Shown in pieces: positions 40,936 to 50,486 of a stretch of 64,000 nucleotides of DNA (positions within the stretch are counted from its first letter, which is position 1; every line of letters begins with the position of its first letter). Made by a program: the position numbers and the translations under genes. This DNA comes from a virus: the IMG/VR virus record IMGVR_UViG_3300025674_000021, positions 1 through 64,000 of that record; one strand, given 5' to 3'. The notes beneath the pieces were generated by a model, which was not told where the DNA came from, did not search any database, and saw nothing but the letters and a program-made list of their open reading frames with translations.

Positions 40936-41586
40936 ATGAAACTCATAACAGAAGAAGTATCTAACGTAAAAATTATTACCGAAGGTAAAGGTAGCGGTAA
41001 AAAGATGTACATTGAAGGTGTATTCCTTCAAGGCGACATCAAAAACCGTAACGGAAGAATGTATCCAATGGATACTCTTTCGAAAGAAGTAAATCGCTAT
41101 TGCGAAACTTTCGTTAATAAGGGTCGTGCTCTTGGTGAGTTGGGACATCCTGATGGACCAACTGTAAATCTTGACCGTGTGTCCCACAAGATTACTTCTT
41201 TGGTTAGAGAAGGTTCTAATTTTAAAGGTAAAGCACAACTTCTAAATACACCGATGGGCAAAATTGCTTCATCACTTATTGGTGAGGGAGTTATGCTTGG
41301 TGTTTCTTCCCGTGGTGTTGGTTCACTTAAGACCACTAGCGAAGGACACAAAATCGTTGGCGAAGATTTCATGCTAGCAACTGCTGCTGATATCGTTGCC
41401 GATCCTTCTGCACCTGATGCGTTTGTTCAGGGAATTATGGAAGGAAAGGAGTGGATTTGGGATGGAGGAATCCTTCGTGAACAACTCGCTGAGCGTACAG
41501 AAAGAAGAATTAATACTCTTGTTGCACAGAGAGCACTTGAAGAGCATAAGCTAAATCTATTCCAAGATTTCCTCTCAAATCTCTAA
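40936..41586 (+). CDS. gp21: Prohead core protease gp21
   Basis: MKLITE, KNRNGRMYP, ALGELGHP, GVSSRGVGS, DIVADPSAPDAFV. Confidence 0.96.
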   Translation: MKLITEEVSNVKIITEGKGSGKKMYIEGVFLQGDIKNRNGRMYPMDTLSKEVNRYCETFVNKGRALGELGHPDGPTVNLDRVSHKITSLVREGSNFKGKAQLLNTPMGKIASSLIGEGVMLGVSSRGVGSLKTTSEGHKIVGEDFMLATAADIVADPSAPDAFVQGIMEGKEWIWDGGILREQLAERTERRINTLVAQRALEEHKLNLFQDFLSNL

Positions 41587-41588
41587 AT

Positions 41589-41596
41589 TATAAATA
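41589..41596 (+). promoter_or_regulatory. T4 late promoter
   Basis: TATAAATA upstream of gp22. Confidence 0.75.
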
Positions 41597-41629
41597 AATA
41601 TAGATTATACTTAAAAAAATCTAAAAACA

Positions 41630-42772
41630 ATGTCCGTTGGTAGCAATTTACAAGAAATGGAAAACGTAGTAACCAAAGGGGCAGCTGCTGCCGATCCAAT
41701 GCCAAGTTCTGGTTCTAATGCATCTGGAGTCATGGCTCCTGGTCAAACCGGTAACTGGGAAGATCTCGGCGGTCCTACTCCTGAAAATTATCGTCCAGAC
41801 GACGAGTCCGCAACACTTAAGACCCCAGGTTCAACATTGTCTCAAGTAAGAGACGTTGTTAATGCTAAGGCAAAACCTGCTGATCCTATGCCTAAGGGTA
41901 TGAAGGAAGAGGAAGAGGTAGAAGGTGAAGTCGTGGCAGAAGAGGATGCAGTTAGTGAAGAAGAAACTACCACGGAAGTTGTAGCAGAAGAAGAAGAAGT
42001 CGAAACTGAAACCGAAGAAGTAATTGAGTATGATGTCGAAGAAGACATCAATGCTCTGATTGCAGGCGAAGAACTCTCTGAGGAATTCGAAGAGAGAGCA
42101 CGTACTATCTTTGAAACTGCAATTAACGCTAAGGTTGCTGAGATCAAAGAAGAACTCGTAGCATCCTACGAAGCATCCCTCGTAGAGGAAGTTTCTTCAA
42201 TTAAAACCGAACTCACTGATCGTGTCGATGCATACCTTGAGTATGTTGCAGACGAGTGGATTTCTGAGAATTCAATCGCTGTAGAGCACGGTCTTAAGAC
42301 CGAAATGACTGAATCATTCCTCTCCGGAATGAAGTCACTTTTTGAAGAACATTATGTAACCGTTCCTGAAGATAAGTATGATGTAATCGAGAGTATGGTA
42401 GATAAACTTGATGAAATGGAAGGAAAACTCAACGAGCAGATCGAACGTAATGTCGCTCTGAATCGTAGATTAGCAGAGTCAGTTGCTGATGTAATTTTTG
42501 CAGATGTCGCTGAGGGATTAGCAATTTCTCAGAAAGACAAACTCGCTTCTCTTGCTGAAAATGTTGAGTTTGATAGTGAAGAGAGCTATCGTGAGAAACT
42601 GGTAACACTGAGAGAATCATATTTCCCAGTTAATACCGGTGCTCAGAAAGAGGATTCTGAGAATCTGTCTGAAGAAGTAACTTTGACCGAAGAGACCGAA
42701 ATGATCTCTGAGGGAGCAACAAACGCAATGGATGCTTATCTTCAGGTACTTCGCAGATCCGCGAACAAGTGA
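41630..42772 (+). CDS. gp22: Prohead core scaffold protein gp22
   Basis: Glu-rich; LSEEFEERARTIFETA, VDAYLEYVADEW; between gp21 and gp23. Confidence 0.93.
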   Translation: MSVGSNLQEMENVVTKGAAAADPMPSSGSNASGVMAPGQTGNWEDLGGPTPENYRPDDESATLKTPGSTLSQVRDVVNAKAKPADPMPKGMKEEEEVEGEVVAEEDAVSEEETTTEVVAEEEEVETETEEVIEYDVEEDINALIAGEELSEEFEERARTIFETAINAKVAEIKEELVASYEASLVEEVSSIKTELTDRVDAYLEYVADEWISENSIAVEHGLKTEMTESFLSGMKSLFEEHYVTVPEDKYDVIESMVDKLDEMEGKLNEQIERNVALNRRLAESVADVIFADVAEGLAISQKDKLASLAENVEFDSEESYREKLVTLRESYFPVNTGAQKEDSENLSEEVTLTEETEMISEGATNAMDAYLQVLRRSANK

Positions 42773-42826
42773 TTTTTAAATCATAAAGTCAAACTAACTT
42801 TTTTTAAACACTAGAGGTTAACTCAA

Positions 42827-44242
42827 ATGCAGATGTACAACACCGAATATCTGCAGGAGAAGTGGTCACCAATCCTCGATTACGAGGGTATGGATCCTAT
42901 CAAAGATTCACATCGTAGAGCGGTAACTGCTATCCTGCTGGAAAACCAAGAAAAAGAATTACGCGAGGAAAGAGCATTCCTTAGCGAGAATGGCCCAACC
43001 AACTCCGCAGGAACAGGCGGATTCTCTGGTTCAGGCGCAAACACAACAGGAACCCCTGTTGCAGGTTTCGATCCCGTACTGATCTCCCTGATCCGTCGTT
43101 CGATGCCTAACCTGGTCGCTTATGACCTCTGTGGCGTTCAGCCAATGAACGGTCCTACCGGACTGATCTTTGCAATGCGCTCCCGCTACAACAACCAGAC
43201 CGGTGCAGAGACCTTCTACAACGAAGTCGATTCCGCATTCTCTGGTCAGGCAAAAGGACTCGCATACGAAGACGGCTTCACCGATGGTGCAGTTGGTCTG
43301 GGTACAACCGCACAAGGCGGAAGCAACCCATCAATCCTTGATCCTTCTAACCAAGCAAATAACGCAGGTCCTGGTGCTAACCAGTACAACGCTGGCGGCG
43401 GCATGACCACCGGCAAAGCAGAAGCACTCCGTGGCGACGACGCTGATGCTTTCAACGAGATGGCATTCTCGATTGAGAAACTGACCGCAACTGCTAAGTC
43501 AAGAGCACTGAAAGCAGAATACTCCCTGGAACTGGCACAAGACCTCAGAGCAATCCACGGTCTGAATGCTGAAGCAGAACTCGCAAACATCCTCAGCACT
43601 GAGATTCTTGCTGAGATCAACCGCGAGATCATCCGTACCATCTACAAGGTCGCAGTTCCTGGCGCACAGGTCAACACCGCAACCCCTGGAACCTTCGACC
43701 TCGACGTTGACTCCAACGGCAGATGGTCTGTTGAGAAGTTCAAGGGTCTGATCTTCCAGATCGAAAGAGATGCTAACGCAATCGCGCAGCAAACTCGTAG
43801 AGGGAAGGGCAACATGATCCTCTGCTCCGCAGACGTTGCTTCCGCACTCACCATGGCAGGCGTTCTGGATTACACCCCTGCACTCAACGCTAACCTCCAG
43901 GTTGACGACACCGGTAACACCTTCGCTGGTGTTCTGCAAGGTAAGTATCGTGTATACATCGATCCTTATTCTGCAAACGTTTCTGGTAACCAGTTCTATG
44001 TTGCTGGTTATAAGGGAACCAACCCTTATGACGCAGGTCTCTTCTACTGCCCATACGTTCCTCTCCAGATGGTTCGTGCAGTTGGCGAGAACACCTTCCA
44101 GCCTAAGATTGGCTTTAAGACCCGCTATGCGGTCGTCGCAAACCCATTCGCAAAAGGCGCTACCGAAGCATCTGCTCCAGACAACATCGCAACCAACTCC
44201 AACGTATACTACAGAAGAGTCAAAGTCCAAAATCTTATGTGA
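42827..44242 (+). CDS. gp23: Major capsid protein gp23
   Basis: LIRRSMPNLVAYDLCGVQPMNGPTGLIFAMR, FQPKIGFKTRY; predicted gp21 cleavage after FLSE. Confidence 0.98.
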   Translation: MQMYNTEYLQEKWSPILDYEGMDPIKDSHRRAVTAILLENQEKELREERAFLSENGPTNSAGTGGFSGSGANTTGTPVAGFDPVLISLIRRSMPNLVAYDLCGVQPMNGPTGLIFAMRSRYNNQTGAETFYNEVDSAFSGQAKGLAYEDGFTDGAVGLGTTAQGGSNPSILDPSNQANNAGPGANQYNAGGGMTTGKAEALRGDDADAFNEMAFSIEKLTATAKSRALKAEYSLELAQDLRAIHGLNAEAELANILSTEILAEINREIIRTIYKVAVPGAQVNTATPGTFDLDVDSNGRWSVEKFKGLIFQIERDANAIAQQTRRGKGNMILCSADVASALTMAGVLDYTPALNANLQVDDTGNTFAGVLQGKYRVYIDPYSANVSGNQFYVAGYKGTNPYDAGLFYCPYVPLQMVRAVGENTFQPKIGFKTRYAVVANPFAKGATEASAPDNIATNSNVYYRRVKVQNLM

Positions 44243-44263
44243 TCACAGTCACATATTTCTCAG

Positions 44264-44289
44264 AGGGATCCTTCGGGATCCCTTTTTTT
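44264..44289 (+). terminator. Rho-independent terminator after gp23
   Basis: AGGGATCC-TTCG-GGATCCCT + T run, immediately followed by TAAATAAATA (late promoter). Confidence 0.88.
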
Positions 44290-44313
44290 GTCTAAATAAA
44301 TAAGAAAGCTCCA

Positions 44314-44514
44314 ATGGAAGAAAATGATTGGTCGGTTGATTGGACATTAGATGTTCATAAAGTCAGAGCACTTTATGATGTCATACACTATACCTGGGAA
44401 AATTGGCCAGGATATCCAGCAAGACCAAAAGAAGAACAGGAGTTTTTAATATCGACCAAATCTGAACTTTTTGCAATGTTAATGGATTACACTTTCAAGA
44501 CGAAAAATCAATGA
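44314..44514 (+). CDS. Hypothetical protein
   Basis: 66-aa ORF with WPGYPARPKEEQEFL; late promoter upstream. Confidence 0.7.
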   Translation: MEENDWSVDWTLDVHKVRALYDVIHYTWENWPGYPARPKEEQEFLISTKSELFAMLMDYTFKTKNQ

Positions 44515-45296
44515 GAACGTTTAAAGAATTTCAATATATTTGCGAAAGATCCCTTTCTAAGTGTGAAAAAGACAGAAAAGAAGGTATTACCAAAGGCATG
44601 AAGAAGAATGCTTCTGACTTTAAAGATCGTTATGGTGGCAATTGGAAAGGAGTTATGTACGCTACTGCCACCAAGATGGCAAAGAAATCTAAGTGTAAGA
44701 AGGATGTTAAAGAATTTTGGAATCCATTAGCAAAACCAAAAGCAAAACCTGCTGTAAAGAAAAAAAATTCTACTGTTTTAGCATATAAAAACTATAAACC
44801 AGGAGTTCTTAACAAAGATACTGGAAAATTTACTCAACGTGATCATACACCAGATGAAGCAAAGAGATATGGTTGGAAACCAGTAAAGACAAGTTCTTAT
44901 GGTCCCAGAGATACTACATCTCAGGCATATAATACTGGAAAAGATAAAGTTCAAAGAACTGCAGATGGAACTCCATTTACAGGGTCTACAAGAGGTGTAG
45001 CAGTTCCATATAAGTATAAAAAGAATGAAGTTCCTAAAGGTGTTTGGGCAGGAACACCATCAAGGAAATTTGGATCTGATGTGACATTTACAAATAAACC
45101 ACTTGGAAATGCTCCAGGAAAAACTAAAACTGTTACCACTAAAGTAAGAGATACTGGAAACTTTGGTGCTGCTGGTGAAGTTAATAAAAGTACTAGTTTT
45201 GATTTGATGAGGCAAACAGCAAGAGATTTATCTGGTAATCAAAAACTCACACCAACACAATGGGGAAAAAGAACCGTTTACGTGAGGTCTAACTAA
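44511..45296 (+). CDS. Putative capsid-targeted protein with C-terminal RlpA-like (double-psi beta-barrel) domain
   Basis: N-terminal MRTFKEFQYICE; C-terminal SSYG..TADGTPF..VAVP..FGS.V..VRDTG.F..FDL...ARDL..G...V. Confidence 0.7.
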   Translation: MRTFKEFQYICERSLSKCEKDRKEGITKGMKKNASDFKDRYGGNWKGVMYATATKMAKKSKCKKDVKEFWNPLAKPKAKPAVKKKNSTVLAYKNYKPGVLNKDTGKFTQRDHTPDEAKRYGWKPVKTSSYGPRDTTSQAYNTGKDKVQRTADGTPFTGSTRGVAVPYKYKKNEVPKGVWAGTPSRKFGSDVTFTNKPLGNAPGKTKTVTTKVRDTGNFGAAGEVNKSTSFDLMRQTARDLSGNQKLTPTQWGKRTVYVRSN

Positions 45297-45826
45297 TGGC
45301 AAATTGCAACTTTCCGAATCAGATAGATAATAGAAATTTTCTTTCTCCGATTGGGTTTAAATTTTCTTTATCAAAAGAACCAACGGTAGCATTCTTTGCT
45401 AATGCTGCCCAGATTCCAAACCTGAATCTCAAGGTAGAGACACAATCGACATATTTAAAGAACATCCCTGTACCCGGAGATGTTATGGAGTTTGGTGACT
45501 TCACATTGAAGTTCATTGTCGATGAAGACATGGAAAACTACATGGCAGTACATAACTGGTTATATGGTCTAGGTTTTCCAGAATCAACCAAGCAGTATAA
45601 AGATCTAATCACAGATAAAAATGGTGTAGAAGACATCAAATACGAAAGAAGTGATGGAACTCTGTTTATTCTGAATAGTAACTATCAGACCTCCGCAAAG
45701 GTTAGATTCACAGATATGTTCCCTTATTCACTCTCTTCTCTAGAGTTTGATGCCACTAACTCAGATCTAACATACTTTACAGCAACAGTATCTTTCAAGT
45801 ATACTATATACGATATCGAAGTTTAA
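45296..45826 (+). CDS. gp3: Tail completion / tube terminator gp3
   Basis: NFLSPIGFKF, FIVDEDMENY..HNWL, SDGTLFILNSN, FPYSLSSLEF. Confidence 0.9.
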   Translation: MANCNFPNQIDNRNFLSPIGFKFSLSKEPTVAFFANAAQIPNLNLKVETQSTYLKNIPVPGDVMEFGDFTLKFIVDEDMENYMAVHNWLYGLGFPESTKQYKDLITDKNGVEDIKYERSDGTLFILNSNYQTSAKVRFTDMFPYSLSSLEFDATNSDLTYFTATVSFKYTIYDIEV

Positions 45827-45829
45827 ATT

Positions 45830-46258
45830 ATGGACCTTGAAAAAATTCAATCTATGTGGGAAAGGGACTCTCAGATGGATCGGGATAACTTGCATGAAGA
45901 GTCATTGAGAATCCCTCAACTTCATTCAAAATATCATACTGTATACAATACGATTCAACTTCTCAAAGAAAATTCTAAAACAAAGTATAACAAGATTCGC
46001 CTAGAACGCTATAACTACTACACAGGAAAGGCATCAGCAGAGGTCTACGCTGAAGAACCATTTCCGTATAAGATTCGTGAAAAGGACGCCATACAGAGGC
46101 ATCTAGACGCCGATGAGAGGTTGAATGAAGCAGAATTAAAGATTCGGTATTATGATGTTACTTTAAAGTACCTTGAAGACATTATTAAGTCAATTAATAA
46201 TAGGACTTATCAGATCAAAAACGCAATTGATTGGCATAATTTCCAGGCAGGTTTTTAA
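45830..46258 (+). CDS. uvsY: Recombination mediator UvsY
   Basis: ESLRIPQLHSKY, YYTGKA, RTYQIKNAIDW. Confidence 0.92.
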   Translation: MDLEKIQSMWERDSQMDRDNLHEESLRIPQLHSKYHTVYNTIQLLKENSKTKYNKIRLERYNYYTGKASAEVYAEEPFPYKIREKDAIQRHLDADERLNEAELKIRYYDVTLKYLEDIIKSINNRTYQIKNAIDWHNFQAGF

Positions 46259-46282
46259 TAAATAAAAATAAACCTTCTGACG

Positions 46283-47971
46283 ATGATTACTTTTCAGCAG
46301 TTTGATGAAAATGCTAGGGCAGCGTTAAAACTGCTGAAAGCGACTAATAGAATTGTTGGTGGGAAAAATGTTGGTTCTTTGGGAAGAGCAAGATATAAAG
46401 CTTTATCAGTAGGACCAAGCAGAAGTATAGTTGGATTAGATCGTCAAAGAAGAAATGCATCTGATGCAGCAGCATTTAGAAAAGCAAACTTCCCTAGAAC
46501 TCAAACTGGAGGTACTAGACAAAGATTTAATACGACAGGTGAAAAGAATAAGTTTAGTAGAACTGTGGCAACTTCATACCCGTCACAATCTTCATATGCA
46601 AAAGATATGGTTCCTGCAAAACAATTGGAAAGTGGTGGAAGAATTCGTTCAACATCTGAACGTTCTCAATATCTGAAAAGATTGAAAAGACAAATGGGTG
46701 GGACAAGAACACGAAGAGGAGTTCATGCTGTTGATGTTCTCCCAAGAGGGGATTTCATGAAAAATGATCCAAAACAATTAATTACTAGAGGAAAAGAATA
46801 TCATAAAGCAGTATCAGATATACCAAATGAAGTTAAAGGGTTTGGAGCAAAACGAGGAGATAAGATTGTAGGAACCGCATCGGAAGTTATGCCCGGTTCA
46901 ACAAATATAGAGAGGGGAAAACAAAATCGCAGATCATTATATCGAAGAGTTCTTGGTGCAACAAAACAAGACCCTATTACAAGAAAACAAGTTGCTACTA
47001 TTAAAGATGAGTTTGAACATCTTGATGAAAATGCAAGAGCAGCATTAAAACTACTGAAATCTGCTAATAAAATTATTGGTGGTAGAAAAGTAGGCATAGT
47101 GCAGAAAGCATTGAAATCAAATCGTGCCGTATTGTCTAGGGCAGAAAGAGGTCAGAAATTTTCGCAGTCAGCAGATAAGATTACTTCTGACACACGTTCA
47201 ATGAATATCACAAGATCAGCATCAAGAAAAGCAGGATTTAGTGGTGGTGCAAATATAAACAGAAAAGATTTTAAAACTTCAACAAAAGAATATACAACAT
47301 ATCCAGAAAAAGGTGGTTTAGATTATCATCCTCGACATAATACACAGGTTGATACAAATATCAGCACCGTTCCATCGGGTAGAGTTGCGGCAATTTCTGC
47401 AAATACTACAGCAAAAAGACCAGTTCCAAAATCTGTTGGGCGTGGAAGACGAGTACCAAGAACAGAAAAATTAGTAGGGAAATTAAAAGAATATCGTCGT
47501 AGAGTTAGGAGGACTGGAGGAAATGAGAGAAATCCAGTTCATAAGATAGATTTTATTCAAAGAAGTGATGCAGATATATGGAAGAATGATTTGGACAAAT
47601 ATGCGTTCAAACGTGCTAGAAATTTTAGAAGAGCACAAGAAAATTTACCAAAAGATTTAAAAGCAGCAGGAGCAAAACCAAAAGATATTGTTCAAGGAAT
47701 TCCCTCTGTTATGATGAGAGGAGAAACATCAAAAGGTGTTGGAAAACGTGCAGAACTTTATAAAAATCGTTATGGTCATCGCGTAACTGATTTAGATCCT
47801 ACAAGAAGGACAACTGGTGTGATTGGCAGTGCTGGAGGAGAACTTCCACCAGGAAAGAAAATGAGAGGTAGAAAACCGCAGAGAAGAAGAACAAGAACAG
47901 GTCCTACAGATCGATCTTCTGCACAGGCAATGATGGATAGAACCCAGAGAAACATTTTATCAGATCGATAA
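46283..47971 (+). CDS. Arg/Lys-rich protein made of two homologous units; putative capsid-targeted polyprotein
   Basis: [FL]DE-NARAALKLLK occurs twice (46301, 47021); AATAAATA at 46257. Confidence 0.75.
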   Translation: MITFQQFDENARAALKLLKATNRIVGGKNVGSLGRARYKALSVGPSRSIVGLDRQRRNASDAAAFRKANFPRTQTGGTRQRFNTTGEKNKFSRTVATSYPSQSSYAKDMVPAKQLESGGRIRSTSERSQYLKRLKRQMGGTRTRRGVHAVDVLPRGDFMKNDPKQLITRGKEYHKAVSDIPNEVKGFGAKRGDKIVGTASEVMPGSTNIERGKQNRRSLYRRVLGATKQDPITRKQVATIKDEFEHLDENARAALKLLKSANKIIGGRKVGIVQKALKSNRAVLSRAERGQKFSQSADKITSDTRSMNITRSASRKAGFSGGANINRKDFKTSTKEYTTYPEKGGLDYHPRHNTQVDTNISTVPSGRVAAISANTTAKRPVPKSVGRGRRVPRTEKLVGKLKEYRRRVRRTGGNERNPVHKIDFIQRSDADIWKNDLDKYAFKRARNFRRAQENLPKDLKAAGAKPKDIVQGIPSVMMRGETSKGVGKRAELYKNRYGHRVTDLDPTRRTTGVIGSAGGELPPGKKMRGRKPQRRRTRTGPTDRSSAQAMMDRTQRNILSDR

Positions 47972-47997
47972 ATATCTGTAGGTGAATCTTATGATTT

Positions 47998-49461
47998 ATG
48001 TCGAATTTGATTATTGGTAAGAAGAACGAGGTATATCTTCAAATCAAGGCGGAACCTCACGTATATTACGAACTGGCAGACCAGTTTACGTTTGATGTTC
48101 CAGGCGCAAAATTCATGCCCCAGTTTCGTAACAGGCACTGGGACGGAAAAATTCGTCTATTTAACACGCAGACAGGTGAGATCTATGTCGGTTTGTTAGA
48201 TAAAATTATTAGTTTTTGTGAGAATCATGAGTACAGTTATGAATTTGTAAATAATAAGTTTTATGGTACTCCTTTTGAAACAAATGATTATATTTCAATG
48301 GAAGGAGTCAAAGATTACATGACTTCTATCAGCAGGTATGCCCCTCGGGATTACCAGGTCGAGGGGGTATACGACGCCCTAAAGCATAATAGAAGGTTGC
48401 TGATATCTCCAACTGCTTCTGGAAAGTCACTGATGATATATTCTGTTGTGAGATATTACGTTGAGAAGCAACAAAATATTCTGATAGTCGTTCCGACGAC
48501 TTCCCTAGTAGAACAGATGTATAAAGATTTTGCAGACTATGGTTGGGATGTAGGTTCATTTTGCCACAAAATTTATGCGGGTAAAGAAAGGGAAACAAGT
48601 TCCCAAGTGATTATCACTACCTGGCAATCAATCTACAAACTCCCCCGAAAATATTTTTCTAGATTTAATGTTGTGATTGGGGATGAGGCGCACCAGTTTA
48701 AATCTAAATCATTAATATCTATAATGTCAAAACTTTCCGATGCAAAATACAGATTTGGTTTTACAGGGACTCTTGATGGAACTCAAACTCATAAATGGGT
48801 ACTGGAGGGCTTATTTGGCCCCAGTTACAAAATCATTAGGACGAAAGAACTAATGGCAAAAGGGCATGTTGCTAAACTTGATATCAACGTGCTTCTATTG
48901 AAACACCCTGCTCATAAGTTTGAAAACTTTGAGGAAGAGGTTCAGTATATCATAAATCATGATAAACGCAATAATCTCATCAAAGAGTTGACACTAACTC
49001 TAAAAGGAAACACTCTTGTTCTTTTTGCAAGAGTAGAAGGTCATGGTCAACCACTTTACGAATTAATAAATAGTAGTACCACTGAAGATCGTAATGTCTT
49101 TTTCATTCACGGTGGTGTAGACACTGAAGATAGAGAGAAAGTTAGAGAGATTACAGAGAAAGAAGATAATGCAATCATTGTTGCATCTTATGGAACTTTC
49201 TCAACAGGAATTAATATTAAAAATCTCCACAATGTTATTTTTGCTTCTCCTTCCAAATCGAGAATACGTAATCTACAATCGATCGGTAGAGTACTCAGAA
49301 AAGGGAATAATAAAACAAAAGCGACTTTGTATGACATTGCTGACGACATATCCTACAAATCCAGGAAGAACTATACACTTAATCACCTGATTGAAAGAAT
49401 TAAAGTTTATAACGAAGAGAATTTTAATTACGACATTGTAAACATTCCATTAAAGAACTAG
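47998..49461 (+). CDS. uvsW: RNA-DNA/DNA-DNA helicase UvsW
   Basis: WDGKIRLF, SPTASGKS, DEAH, QSIGRVLR. Confidence 0.95.
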   Translation: MSNLIIGKKNEVYLQIKAEPHVYYELADQFTFDVPGAKFMPQFRNRHWDGKIRLFNTQTGEIYVGLLDKIISFCENHEYSYEFVNNKFYGTPFETNDYISMEGVKDYMTSISRYAPRDYQVEGVYDALKHNRRLLISPTASGKSLMIYSVVRYYVEKQQNILIVVPTTSLVEQMYKDFADYGWDVGSFCHKIYAGKERETSSQVIITTWQSIYKLPRKYFSRFNVVIGDEAHQFKSKSLISIMSKLSDAKYRFGFTGTLDGTQTHKWVLEGLFGPSYKIIRTKELMAKGHVAKLDINVLLLKHPAHKFENFEEEVQYIINHDKRNNLIKELTLTLKGNTLVLFARVEGHGQPLYELINSSTTEDRNVFFIHGGVDTEDREKVREITEKEDNAIIVASYGTFSTGINIKNLHNVIFASPSKSRIRNLQSIGRVLRKGNNKTKATLYDIADDISYKSRKNYTLNHLIERIKVYNEENFNYDIVNIPLKN

Positions 49462-49462
49462 T

Positions 49463-49897
49463 ATGGGCGAAGAATTCTACGCAGTTATAAAATTAGTTTC
49501 AGGAGAAGAAATCTTATCTCTGGTTATGGTTGATGACTCTGGTGATGAACCAATCATGGTATTGCAGAATCCAGTAGTCATGAAAACCTTCCATAACCAT
49601 CAGGGAGTTCATATCAAAGTAAAACCCTGGATGGAAATGACGGAAGATGATTTCTACTTTATTACCTTAGATAAAATTATCACATGCACAGAAACCTCTA
49701 ATGATAAACTTATCAATATATACAATCGTTTTCTTGAAGAGGATGATAATAGTGATATTGATGTCTACACTAAGTCAGGACAGGTAAAGCCTGATGAAAG
49801 AATGGGTTATATCTCTTCGGTAATGGAAGCAAGAAGGAAGTTAGAGAGTATCTATAGAGATCTTTCGGTAGAGGATAATAAAGATACTCAAAGCTAG
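49463..49897 (+). CDS. Conserved hypothetical protein (Sm-like fold likely)
   Basis: IKLVSGEEI...PWM pattern; usual position between uvsW and gp55. Confidence 0.7.
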   Translation: MGEEFYAVIKLVSGEEILSLVMVDDSGDEPIMVLQNPVVMKTFHNHQGVHIKVKPWMEMTEDDFYFITLDKIITCTETSNDKLINIYNRFLEEDDNSDIDVYTKSGQVKPDERMGYISSVMEARRKLESIYRDLSVEDNKDTQS

Positions 49898-49928
49898 CTA
49901 GATCTGTCTCTTCAACGTTAACAAACAT

Positions 49929-49957
49929 ATTCTACTGAGTTTCGGACACTTTGTCAA
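49929..49957 (-). promoter_or_regulatory. Antisense sigma70-type promoter
   Basis: Minus strand TTGACA (49957-49952)-17 nt-TAGAAT (49934-49929). Confidence 0.6.
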
Positions 49958-49979
49958 GCCCCCTAAAGTATGCTATAAT
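49951..49979 (+). promoter_or_regulatory. Sigma70-type promoter for gp55
   Basis: TTGTCA-17 nt-TATAAT with extended -10 TGn. Confidence 0.75.
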
Positions 49980-50009
49980 GAACATATACTACGCGGTTAA
50001 GTAAATGTC

Positions 50010-50486
50010 ATGCCTAAGAAGAAGACAGAACACTATGTAAACAACAAAGAGTTGCTACAAGCACTGATTGTTTACAGAGAACAACTGGAAGAGTCCAAGA
50101 AGAATGGACTTCCGAAACCGCGAGTTACTAATTACCTTGGTGAGTGCTTCTTTAAGATCGCTACTCGCCTTTCATACAAACCAAACTTTGTCAATTATAT
50201 GTTCCGAGAAGACATGATCTCGGATGGTATTGAGAACTGTGTTGAGTATATTCATAATTTTGATCCAGCAAAGTCATCCAATCCATTTGCATACTTCACT
50301 CAAATTATTCATTACGCTTTTTTGAGACGTATTCAGAAAGAGAAGAAGCAGTTAGAGATCAAAGCAAAGATCATTGAACGAACAGGTTTCGATGAAGTTA
50401 TGATGGTAGATGATAACTCGCTTTCAGGTCATACTTCAGAATACAATTCTATTAAAGATCAAATCCAGTACAGGAATAATCGATGA
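50010..50486 (+). CDS. gp55: Late transcription sigma factor gp55
   Basis: HYVNNKE, PNFVNYMFREDMISDGIENC, NPFAYFTQI. Confidence 0.95.
   Translation: MPKKKTEHYVNNKELLQALIVYREQLEESKKNGLPKPRVTNYLGECFFKIATRLSYKPNFVNYMFREDMISDGIENCVEYIHNFDPAKSSNPFAYFTQIIHYAFLRRIQKEKKQLEIKAKIIERTGFDEVMMVDDNSLSGHTSEYNSIKDQIQYRNNR

Noticed and set aside
43499-44230. 243-aa minus-strand ORF inside gp23 (and similar ones inside cobS, the CobT-like gene and gp7)
   Set aside because: Antisense shadows of strongly codon-biased genes; no recognisable motifs or expression signals
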